From Klebsormidium nitens (taxonomy: Eukaryota; Plantae; Klebsormidiophyceae), in NCBI GenBank assembly GCA_000708835.1, contig DF237429.1, positions 6,995 through 70,994 on the forward strand: 64,000 nt of DNA, given 5' to 3'. The position numbers and the translations under genes are program-made. Under the pieces are notes generated by a model. That model did not search any database, was not told where the DNA came from, and worked only from the letters and a program-made list of their open reading frames with translations. Shown one piece after another: positions 37,277 to 49,100 of the stretch (position 1 is its first letter; each line of letters opens with the position of its first letter).

Positions 37277-40200
37277 TCAGTCGAAGATCTGCTGTACCCA
37301 ACTAATGCTCGACCTGCACACCGGACACGGCTGCCCTGCTTCAAACGTCTGCATTGCGCAAGGGTAACAAAACCGCGCGTGCCCACACGGCAGGTAGAGC
37401 GCATTGCGCGGCCCATCCCAGCAGATGACGCACTCCTCTTCGTCATCCCTGGGTATCCGCCCGCCACCACCGCCTCTACTTTCTGTCTTTCTAGAAGCGG
37501 TAGAGGCACTCATTGGCGCTTCTATGTACTGCCCATTTGCTGGCCTGTGGGGGCCCGCAGGCTCGCCCCACGACCCTTTACTTTTGAGTTGCAAATCAGC
37601 AACGCTTTGAGAAAAAGAAGGGGGGAAAGAGCTAACGCCCGCACTTGGAGAAATAACCGGCTTCCAGAAATCTTGCTCCGCCTCAGTCAAAAACTCCTTG
37701 TAAACGCCATTTCCGACCGGCGCTGCCTGGGTATGCGGCAACCCACCATTCGCTGGTGCTACTCCGCCCGTTTGCGAGCTGTCCGTCCTTTTCATAGGCT
37801 CAGAAACGGGCTCGGTCCCCCAAAACGACTCCCCAGCCCCCCGACCCGAGCTTAAACTCGTGGCTGATTGAGCCTCTGAAAGAGGGGGGACATTCGTCTG
37901 CCAACTCTGCCCCCACTCCCCCGAACTGCTCTGCAAAGCGGCCCCCTGCGACTCACTTTCTTGCAACCGTTTCAACAGCTCCTCAGTAGAAGGGGCTGCG
38001 TGATGGCTGTTGAACCCGTTGTATTTCAAAGCCATGGCATCCCACGTCAGATCCTCGTTCCCGCTCCGTTCTCTTGTCCCTTCCGCAGCGGGTGTACTCC
38101 GTACGGACTCCAGCCCCGATCTCCGCGCCTCTTTCCACAACGCCCCTGCCCCCGTATCCGCTTTGCTATCGCTCGGTTTGCTCTTCGCCGCCTTTTTCTT
38201 CTTCAACCCTGCAGCATCATCCTTCTCCTCAAGCGCGGCATACTTGTTGCTGACCGGAGTGGGCGCCTTCTTCTTCGAAAGCTTCGTCAGCGCCAGCGCC
38301 CGCGCCGCCGCCTCCGCCCTCTCCGCTTCCTCGGCCTCTTTTTGCTTCCGCTCTAGTTCTTTTTGCCGGGCCGCCTCGGCTTGCTGCCTCTCGACGCGCG
38401 CTTTCCGCATCGCTTTGGTGGCAGCTTTCCGAACGCTTGGATCCGCCCGATCCCCACTAGTAACGGCGGCTTGCATCTGATCCGGATCACCTGCGGGCAT
38501 GAAAGAGCATGGTCAACAATATAAACGAAAGCGGGGCACAAATTCATCTCTCTGTTGAAAAGACCCTGACTCAAACTCCCTCATGTACAACCATTTTGCT
38601 AAGGTGCCAATGTTGTCTGCTTCTGCTGGAGCCTGACCGGGGGCAGTGCAGATAGCGCCTCAGAAATAGGAAAATGATACCCAGATCTGCCCTAAAGCTT
38701 GCCGCTTGCTAGACACCCCAAAAGCTGAGACATTCTCTGAGGAGATTTTGTAGTGACTGTGCTCCTGCAGTCTATGTTCCCCCTCTGCGACTGCGCCAAG
38801 TGTCATATCCAAGGGTAGCTGCAAGCAAGATTGCTATACAACCATCTGCTACTCCCACGCGATCTCTGAAGAGCACTGGGCATTCTAGGCGGTGAATGGC
38901 CAGCTTCAGTAGCTTTAAAACAAAGCATTCCAAGAAGGAAGTGGGCAGGACCATTTGAAAGCGGCAGTTCACCACTCCACGTGAATTCTGCCACACCCTG
39001 CGAAGCCAGATTGCAACGTTTCATACTCATCCTGCCACACACCACTCTTTACTTGCAGTTGAAAGCAGACTTCCATGGCAAATTCAAACTAGAACCAATC
39101 ACAGCGTCCTCTTAGATCTCTGCTTACCTGAAGCAATCGCATCCGTGAGCCTTTTGTTGGCCTCCTCAGTGGCCATGAGGGCGTCTGCAATCGCTTTCGA
39201 GGCCTGCTCAGCTTTCTCGTCAACAACGCTTTCCCGGTGCCCATTCACCCGCGCTTTGGGGGGAGACACCGACTCCCGCTCCGAAGGGTGCCCCATCCCT
39301 GACGCGTCTTCTAACAGGCGCGTCTGCTTCAATTCCGTCTGCAGTGACGTCATCCAGACATAGTTCAGCACGTTGAGCTGCACAACTCTCGTAAGCCTCT
39401 CTTTTGAGACAATATTGAAGGAGGTCATCAAGGCAACAGGTCAAAGGGCAAGCGCAAAATGTCTCAAACCAAGCGCCATTAGAAGGATGTTACTGATGTG
39501 TATGGGGGTCCGCCTCATTCAAAAAGTAAGGGGGCCCAAGCCAATCAAAGTGCAATCACCTGGCTTCCACATCGATGTGTTCCTTACAACTCCAGCAAGC
39601 TTCAACTCAAACTTTTATTAGCCACTTGCGCGTTGAATCTGATAGTATAAGCTGGAGAAAGTCGCCACGCCCTCTGTTCCTCAAACCCCATATTTGGTGG
39701 TCAATGGGACCCCCAGACTACATCTTGAGATGCTCCCAGCATTCCAAAGAGAGAGCAGCAATGTTGAGCTTTTCGCAGTAGCTGTCTCGACTTACTTCTG
39801 CCGGCATCTGGTCATCCTGCCAGCATTTGATTGGAAATCCTGAACCCTAAAAAGGATCTATACGAGCTGTGCTGAGTACCCAGGGAGAGTAAAACTGGTA
39901 ATGGTGCAATCGGCTGAGGAATAGACTGACTGAATCAGGTGGAACCACCTACCATCGCGCTGGTCAGACGACCTCAGTTATGACAAACCAAGTGTCAGCA
40001 ACACCATTGCAACTTGCCGTACTTTAACAGAGGAAGCAAAAGGGCCAACGACGAAAGCTAGTACGGATCTGCTCCCTCACCTTGATTTTGACCATCAATC
40101 GATCCACCTCGTCCATGTCAAAGTTGAGCACTTTTCTGCAGAGCGGCCCCACCGTCCCAATCAGCGTACCCCGGGACCCATCCCAAACAACGTTCTGGCA

Positions 40201-40767
40201 GTGCTTATGGACTGCTTGTGCAACGGCGACCCGCCGTTTGAGCAAGCTCAGCCCTTTCAGATTCAGCTTTTTCCGCCACAGCGACGGGAACAGCTCAGAC
40301 AAGTAGTCTGAAACCACAGTCACCGCCGCCAGGTGTACTCGCGCCGCACGCTTTGCCGCCATTCTTGTGAAGTCGCTCACGTCCTTCCCAAAGACCTTCA
40401 TAATCGCCTTGGACGAAAAGCGGTCCATCGTGCCGTCCTGAACCAGGTTTGCAATCCACTTGATCACTAAATCAGTCCCGAGCTCCGCCCAATCCGCACC
40501 GTCATCCCCCTCCTCCATCCACCCATCCTTCAACAGCTGCAGATACAAATCCGCGACCTCCATGTGGAACGCCCGCATCGGCGCCAGGTGGCGGATGCAG
40601 CTCAGGCTCGTTTCGATCGCCACTTCTTCCAGCGTCCCGCAGTGCCAGTGCACCTCCCCGCAGCGCGCGCACATCTCGCCATTGCTCAGGCGGTTCCCGT
40701 GCGGGGGGTGGTCCTTCATTCCGTGCCCCTTGTGCGCAACGTCCGACTCCTCCGAGTCGCTCATCAT
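37277..40767 (-). CDS. 716-aa protein with C-terminal C3HC4 RING finger (putative E3 ubiquitin ligase)
   Basis: join(40081-40767, 39128-39377, 37277-38490) = 2151 nt, phases 0 and 1 compatible; terminal CVICWDGPRNALYLPCGHARFCYPCAMQTFEAGQPCPVCRSSI is a Mdm2/IAP-type RING. Confidence 0.85.
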
Positions 40768-41789
40768 GTCAGTGGTGTCTGCTTACAGCGATTCCTCGCG
40801 CAGCTCTGAGAGCTGCCTTCTGCGGCAGAGCGCACGCATGACCAAGCCTGGCATGCAAGGAGGCTGGCTTTGGCACCTGAGGCGACGTACGTACAGCTGG
40901 CAACTTGATCCTCCTCTCTACCGCTCTCGAGTTTGAAATTTGAACCTACGCCGACGGTAGTTTTGAACAGACTTCGGACTTCTTCTTTCTCCTCCGCCTC
41001 GACAGCTTGGAATCTGCAGAATGTGTACATACATGTGTACATGTCCACCTAGCAAAATGTACCTACCGTACAAGTCTGTACCGTGGAACACGGTGGAAGG
41101 TGGAGTGCGTACCTATCAGCGCGGCCAGCTGGATCCAACGGCCCGTGAGCAGAATCCAGAATTCGTCTTCCACGCCGATAGCATGCAGCCTTCTAGTGCG
41201 GAATGGACCGAGCAACCGGCGTCGAAAGTTGCCGGAAACGGACATCTGACGGATTCAGATTAGGGTTTGGCACGTTCTCTGACGATCGGCGCAGCTGCGG
41301 CTCCAGCTGCGGCGCCTTTCTGGCAGTGGTAAAACGCTGCCGCAGGAAGAGCACAGGAAGCTGGCTTCAAAAGCCTGCGCGTCGCGCAATGGTCTTGCAA
41401 GAGCTTTCCAACATGGCCATGGCCTAACGAAAATTCAGAATTGTCTGCTCAAAGAAGGAGAGAACCCGAATTTGGTGGCATTGCAGTGAGAAACGCAAGT
41501 TGACCCAGCATTGCTACCACCATGGGAACAGCAACGGACGATTGGGGCTGAGCGCTTCGTGGTCTGCTTTCCTGAGCGCCACCGCAGAGGTTTGCTCTGC
41601 TTAGCAACTGCATTGGGCTGCTTCAAAAGGGTTCCGCTCTTCCTCTTAAGCTGATTACCCCCTTGAACAACTTCAAAAGGATTGGCTCACGATTAGACGC
41701 GGAAACGGAATCCTTTGAGCATTGAAAAATTGACAGGTGCAACATACTGAGTGATGCAACAGCATTGCGCGGCTAGCGAGTGAAGGGCA

Positions 41790-44222
41790 ATGGCGTCGCA
41801 AAGGGCTAAGCGGGGCGGCGTGCACGGGAGCATTCTTTCGTTTCTTTTCAGCAGCCAGTGCATAGCGAGCGCGTCGTTTGTTTTCATGTACATAATCTTC
41901 ATTCACCTCGCTCTTTTGTACACCGAGGAAGTGAAAGGGCTGAGCAACCGCCATGGGAGTCTGTCTGAGGTTAGCCTTGACCTGTCTGGGTTTCTGGGGA
42001 GTGGAACACTCAACCAAGGGCGGAGACTACATCAGGTTAAGTCGGAGGAGCTTAGAGCAGCGCTCGGAGACCTCCAAGGTCTGCACAGGAAAGTCAAGTT
42101 CAGCTTTCCCAACTGGGCAAACGCCCTCCGGTTCTCTTTTGATGGAACGGCGTCGACGAGCCCCCAGCATCACTTCAAAGAAGAATCAATGCTTGATCAC
42201 GACGCGGTGGATCCGGAATGGGCGCTTTTTGACAAGGAGATTCTAGAGGAGAGTAGGTTTGATTGGGCGCATGCGAGCAGCAGTGCAGACGAGGAAAATA
42301 GCAGCCAGGGGGGGGACGCCGGTGGCTCACAAGAAGAGAACGACGGGCCCCTCATTGGGGAAGGTGCGCCTGGGGAGGTGCAAATTGAGGACATTGTGAA
42401 TGCGGAGCACATAGTGGAGGACCTAGTGGAAGCACAGCGCACGCATGCAGAGGAAGAGATCAGAGATGCAGAAGAGAAGCAGGCAAGTCGTTTTGCATGT
42501 TACCCCCCCACTTTTAGAAGAACACATTGGACATAGAGTGGATAGCAAGCTCCGTTGATCAAGGTGGTTCAGCGGTTGAATTCCTCCAAGCTGATGCGGT
42601 TGTTCTGACATCTTGCGTTCAGGTGACTTTGTATTGACATAGTTCAATCACTGGGTGGATACACCCTTGACATCGTTTGTAGCAGTCGAATTGATTGGCA
42701 GCTGACGACCAGGATTTTTTAGACCTGAAAAACTCTCTTCGTATGGCTGTGTTTGCTTGATTGCCTTGACTCTTGAGGTGGTGCTCGATCGGCAGCTGGC
42801 GTTCAGCTTCTCTTATCAATCACCTCTGCTGTTACTGCACGAAAGGAGAATTGCCAATGTCAAGGCGGTCTACTGGAGGACCAATAAAGACAGGGAGGCT
42901 TTATGACCCTTTCACAGGCTTCGGCAAAAGAACTCAGTCTAGAAATTCAGAGTTTTCGGCTTTTGCGTGCAGGAGCGGCTGTACGTGGAGCCCCTTCCAG
43001 AGGACACAATGGAAGGGATTCTTCAGGAGACGACGCTGTACATAGAGGAGCGGGAAAAGTCTTTGGCGCGGCTGTCCTCGTTTGAGCCGATCGATGAAAA
43101 CCCGCCAGAGCTGGAGTTGTTCGGGCTGGTGGATGAGGACTCCCGAGCTACGGGAGCCTGGATGATAGGGGAATCGTTGAGTGGTAAGTTTGTAGAGAAA
43201 GTCACAATATAGCTGGCAATCGGTGTGCCGTTTGGTAGCAGGAGATTCTGGAGCAGATTCCTTGGATTGTGATTCACAGGAGCTGTTTGACGGAAGCGAC
43301 TCCTTCCACCAGTGAGCTGTTTGAAGGAAAAAGTGCGCTCATTGCTACGAATGTGCAAAATCAAGAGACACGGACAAAGCGTGCCAGTCGATGATGTATC
43401 TAAGGGACACCTGAACCGCTTGCCAGCACGTACCCCATTTGTCTGCGTTTCCTCACTCAAGATTGCCAGAGTGCTACTGAAAACCACTAATTGGCAGCCC
43501 CTGACTTTCATCACCTTGCTTGAGTCTGTGCAATTTCTGATCTGGGCAGCTTTTAAGATGCCTCTCGTTGAGCCCTTCCAATCGGATGCAAGTTTGAGTT
43601 TGAGGTCATGCTCCTCTTTACTCCGCAAGCAGGTTGACAGCTGGTTTCTTCAGACGACAGCTGGCTCGTTAGGATATGCAGCGAGTTTCTTCCCTATGAC
43701 AGCTGGCACTTTGGATAGACAGCTGGGCCCGTAAAAGCGACAGCTGGCTTCCTTCTAAGCCTCCGGTTGTCAGCTTGAAACCACTTCAGTCCTGCTCTTG
43801 ACCCCCGCAAAGCCACTGCCATCAGGATTCTGATAACGAAAATCCCAACCTGCCTTTACATCTTAGTAAAACTCAAAAAACTTCGCCCGTTGCTTCTTGC
43901 AGAGCCAGCTGTCGAGCCCGTCCAGCCTCGCGAGCCGCCCACTCGGCGGCGGCACCTTTTGGGCTTCCCCTCCGACGACTCGGCCCTGGGGGCCAGCCCG
44001 CCGTGCGCCCACGACTTGTCCGCGCTCGACCCTTTTGCGTATATGCATGCCAGCATCCAAAAGGCTTTCGACAGCGGGACCGGGCTCGTGCCGGGGCCGG
44101 CGACCACGTTCGAGTGCGAGATGACGTTTGACGGTCAAGGACAGCGGTGCGTTGATCGCGACATTGTAACATACGGGCAGGACGAGGAGCGCGGGGGCCG
44201 GGGGGATTGGTCCGTTGCATGA
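41790..44222 (+). CDS. 407-aa acidic protein with N-terminal signal anchor (putative type II membrane protein), unknown function
   Basis: join(41790-42482, 42973-43183, 43903-44222) = 1224 nt; intron 1 has a GC donor (AG|gcaagt), intron 2 GT-AG phase 1; hydrophobic ILSFLFSSQCIASASFVFMYIIFIHLALLY near N-terminus, D/E-rich body, Cys-containing C-terminal segment. Confidence 0.68.
43636..43747 (+). repeat. Phased intronic minisatellite with GACAGCTGG core, 20-21 bp period
   Basis: Exact GACAGCTGG at 43636, 43656, 43698, 43718, 43739; degenerate TGCAGCGAG at 43677. Confidence 0.9.
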
Positions 44223-46191
44223 GCGCACGCGAGCCACGTGGCGAGGTGGGCCCTCGCGTTACTTCGTACGTTGTTCAGTTTGTTTGCGAATCGGTGGCTG
44301 GTGGAGGCATTGCGTGACATGACGGCCACAATCTGGTGACAGCTGTTGAGAGACATGCGCTTTACAAGGATCATTTCCAGAAGCTATCTTGTTCGAGCGT
44401 GTATGTTACAATCACCTTCTACCGTCAGGGGCGTCCTTTGCAACTCGTGTAGTGTCCTGCCAGCTTGCTACATCGCCTTCTTCAGAAGCCTCGATCGCCA
44501 AATAACGAATAGTCAGTATCTCGGAGAGCTCATGTGGCCAAGTCGTGCACACTATCAGTCACGATGTGACAGTTGATGTGGACGTTCGCTGTTAAAGTTG
44601 CCGTGCTTTTCGGAGTCTGCAATCTCGTCTCCCTATTGTGTTGGTTGTGTGTACGTCTGGCAAAGCTTGCGACTCTCTTTAACTTCTTACAAACAATTCT
44701 CCGTTTCCAGATACAAACGGGATCATCAGATGAGTGGGCACGAATTGTGCCCGGCCCCGAAAGAGGAGGTATGACTGCACGCGATGCACGAAGTGTCAGG
44801 TAGATCTGCCAGCGATAGCGGAGAATCCGATCGACTTCAGGATGAGCCCGTGGTGTTGAAAAAACCCAGTTCAACAACAAGCCAGTACAGTGCATCTACT
44901 ACAGCATCTGCTGATGAATCAGAATTAGGAGAGGCTGAGCGGGCAAACTCGATTTGCGCCCAAACTTTTACAAAACATCGATCAGCTGTAGAATTGCGAA
45001 ATATCAGACGCTGGCTAGATGCTAATGCCGAAGACCAAAAGGAACTTGGTCAATGTAAGTTAAGCTACGAATCAGAACCGTAAATTGTTGCCCGTTGTTG
45101 GAAACTTTACGGAACATGTGACTCCCGGAGCTTGAGTACGGCCTGCCGGCGCCGCGCCGCGCCGCGCCGCGGAGTGCATGACGAATTTCAATCAGCCTTC
45201 GCATCATGGGCCGCGCAAGCCCAGGTACTAATGCTGTGCAATGACGACACTTTTTGCTCCATGGTCTGGCGCACTTTGATGAGTGGGACTTTGCCCAGGC
45301 ATGTGCCAATCCGACTATAGCTCCGCACTGATATCGATCGACCGAACGCTGAATGATTGCATCTATACATCGCATGCTAGCCACCTAGCCGCCTAGAGAT
45401 CATGTACATGAATACGCAAATGTATAACAAGTCGATTAAATTGAGCATATATGATTCTAAGGCAACCGTCCCAATCACATGATCGAGGATCATCACATAA
45501 AACGCCTCGCGCGTGGCTTTTGCGGCTACTAGGGCAGACTGAGTCCCACCAGTTGTCCAGAGTTTGTGGTAAGATCTATCCTGGGCGGGCTAGGCGTCCC
45601 GGCAACGACGCCAGGCAAAGCGCGCGTAACTGGCAGCAAGCTCAGCTCTGGAATTCTTAACCACCTGGTTTTATTGAACTAGCTGCATGCAGCCTACAAG
45701 CTCCTACTCAAGCAATCGAATGACTAGCCGAGCGGGCTCTTACCAAACTTTACCGTATTTTGACTGGAAGTATTTAAGCGGGCAGCTAAGTGGCCCCAAC
45801 ATCGACTCGAGTCTTCTCATTTCCACCTACTACAAACGACTGCTTATAACGCAGCTGTCCAAAACTCCTACGACGCACCATTGGATCAATGTCCAACCCA
45901 AGCAACGGGTACGACTCCAAGAACCCACGTCGTCAAAAAGCATCCACCTGAGAAATAACTTACGACTGCACTAACCGCAATCGAAAGAAGCAAGTGAAGC
46001 GCTCGCATAAATATACTTTGCACGCCTGTCCTCTGCGGCCACACAACAACCTTAAAAAAGTGGACAACTACAACCAGGATTATCCGAGCTGAAGCTTACG
46101 CTCAACCTATTAACTACCGACCATCATTACCGCAAGCATAACGGAGGGGACCAAGCGCGCAGACGCGCGGTTTGGAACAAGGTTAAGGTTC

Positions 46192-49100
46192 CTAGGGTGT
46201 CATCAGATCACCCGCTCTCAGAGCGGTCACGTTGACCGCAGTGCGATTCGACGCCGTCGTAGAGTTGGCGAGCCTGGTCAGGTTGGCGGTGATGTTGGTC
46301 GCCGTCGCATTCAGCGTGGCCGTCAGATTATTGACTGCAGGTAGAGCACCGCACATCGGCTCAATTCGTTACTGTCAAGACCGCGCACATCAGCTCAATT
46401 TCTGCCAAAACTCCGGGATTGGTTCTCGAACAGAAGGATATCTTCATCTGAGAACAAGTGTTGAAAATCAGTGTTAGTCTGTGTATCTTCGTAATCGAGC
46501 CGTGGTTTGAGGTCCCTGGACGAACGGCGGAAGGAGGCACACCTGTTTACAGTGCTCTAAAGATGGCTCGGTTTGCGGGAGAGACAACTCGAGATTGCCC
46601 CTCGTGCAAGTAGAACTTTAAAGCTGGGAGGACGACTAGACTGCGGTACCCGCTTTCGGAAGACAAGCTCATCAAACCGAAGCGGCCCCAGAAACGCGCC
46701 TTGGAATAAAGCTACGACACAAGGACCAGGAAAGAGAGCAACGTACATCAACGTACTCGAAAAGCGGCGACAGAACTCGCCGGTTGCCACTCTATTACGC
46801 TCGATCATTTGCCGCGCACTTTGTCGCAATCGCAACTCGTCAGACAAGTGCTGTGGACTAGCATCGGCAGAAAATCAGAAACGTGTGCGCGAGCACTCAC
46901 GGAAGGAGGTGGTGTTATAGCCGAGTGCATAGCACGCGTAGCCGCTGCCGTAGAAGCCCGCATTGCAGGTGCAGTTGACGCCGACGGGCGTGAGAATCCC
47001 GGTCGCGTTCTTATCGCAAATCATCATCGGGTCACAGTTGATGCAGCCTGAGAAAAAGAGGGCGGAGTCCCAACTTCGTATAAGTACAGGCATCAACCTT
47101 TCTTGACCACTCCGGTTCAGAGTCTGGTTAGATTCTCTTGACTAGGCGGTGCATTGGTCAAATCAGCCACTGGGCGTAGGAACCTAAACGTAGGGCGTTC
47201 ACGTACTTTGCGTTGAGCAGAATTCTTTGCTGATTAGAAGGTAGCGACTCCACGACACTGTTAACTATAGGACGAGGAACGAGCGTAAAAAGAGAATCCT
47301 ACAGGAAGCAGATCAAGAGAAAGTGCTGAACGTAACGAGAAACATCGAGAACGAAGGAGTTGAGATCACAGGAGTATAAAAGGAGCCGAAGAGAGTCCCT
47401 CACTCGCGTTAGAGTAGCCGCTGTAAGGGCTTTGCGCGTTGACCACTCCCAAGGGGATTGCAGGGCAGAATGACGTGGCACTCGTGTCGTCATATGTGTA
47501 CTCCACGTAGACGTTGTCGCCCAGGCCCTGCCACGTGGCAAAAACGGGGGGACGTCAAACGGTGGGTCACTTGGAGAACAAAGCAAAGAGCACGCGGAGT
47601 CTGTAGAAGTGTCAGGCGGGTTCTGAAAATCACCGAAGCGAGACTGCTGACGTCAGACTTTTGGCGACAAAAGACCACCAAGAGCAGTTCTACAAGCGCT
47701 TCACTTCATCATCTCGAGGGAAAGCAAATACGCCCTCGCAACTGTGTCGGTTGCGAAATCCGATTGAAGGTTTGTGTCCTGCAGTACCGGCGACGTTTTT
47801 AGCCGGACCCGTCTGATGACAAGTGCTGATCTGCTCGTTCTTTTAAAAAGGCGTGGATTGAGCCTACGTGCAAATGCGATCAGTCAAAGGGGGATCAAAC
47901 AGTCAAGCTACCGGCCCAGACGTCCATCGGTAAGATGTGGTTGGCCCTTCCAAGGTCTGCGTTTTATGCAGCTCTGCGTTCCGAAATCAGGTTGACTTGA
48001 CCGGTCCAACGATCTCATCCAGGTTAGTCACGGGTTACTGAACCAACGTTCGTTAACTCACCACCACTTGCGGCACGTTCGCCGTGAAATTGTTCCCGCC
48101 GCAGAAGGACGGTTCCTTGTTTCGGGTTGACACAACCGCCCTGACAAATCCATCCAATTCAGTTATGGGTTACCAAACAAGGTTTCGCTAACTCACCACC
48201 ACTTGCGCCACGTTCGCCGTGAAGTTGTCCCCGCCGCAAAAGGACGTGTTCTTTGAGCCGTACGTGTAGACAGCGCCTCCACGTGGCGCCTGGTTGTTCT
48301 CGAAGGAGTTACCGGCGAAGACACCGTAGCCGTGCATGTAGACGGCACCCCCTCCGGTCTGCACAACGCAACGATGCGTATCTTGATTTGTTCGAGAATC
48401 AGACGAAGGACACCGTCTGGCAACACGAAGACATGATATTCAACTGAAACGACTTCGATCACTTTCTAGTCAGCTCGAAAAAAGGAAGTTAAGCTGCGCC
48501 TTTCGTTGAGGGCAACTCGAGCGTCGAGGGACACAGTCTGCAACGCTCAGTAATCGAATCAAATGATAAATCGGTGCGAACCGTCATACTTACCGCAGAT
48601 CAAGATCTCAGTACCATAACCCCTGTTTCGTCAAGAATGATTAGTAAACTCTGAGCTAAAACTGACGATGTCCGGTTTCAACCGACTTTCTTTTGTCTGG
48701 AAAACCGCTGCTTTTGAGGGCGTATCTCAGAACCATGGTAAGAGCAGGTTAATCTAAGAGAAGCTGGGAGGACTGACCGCTGACGTCCCGTTGATGAAGT
48801 CGGTGTACGTAATGGTCGCGTTGGATCCTGACGTCACGTAGATAGCGCCTCCCTCCTGCAAAGCTTCAACCTTTTACGTAAGTGCGAGTTCTAAGCAACC
48901 TTTCTTGTTGCTAGGAGCTGCAGGGTAATCACTGTGCTCGTGATACCTTCTGCCACACTCGCTCCTCGCTCTGCTTTTGAAAGATCCACTATCACCTCAT
49001 TTACAAGTCGGGTTCGAGCTTTGCAAACTCGTTTCATTATCCGGATTGATTCCCAATAAGGTGATCTCCTGTTGCGCTACCAAAATTTGCAAACCGCTAA

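Noticed and set aside
43636-43747. CRISPR-like appearance of the repeat/spacer array
   Set aside because: Repeats are only 9 nt and spacers 11-12 nt, inside a eukaryotic intron, with no cas genes.
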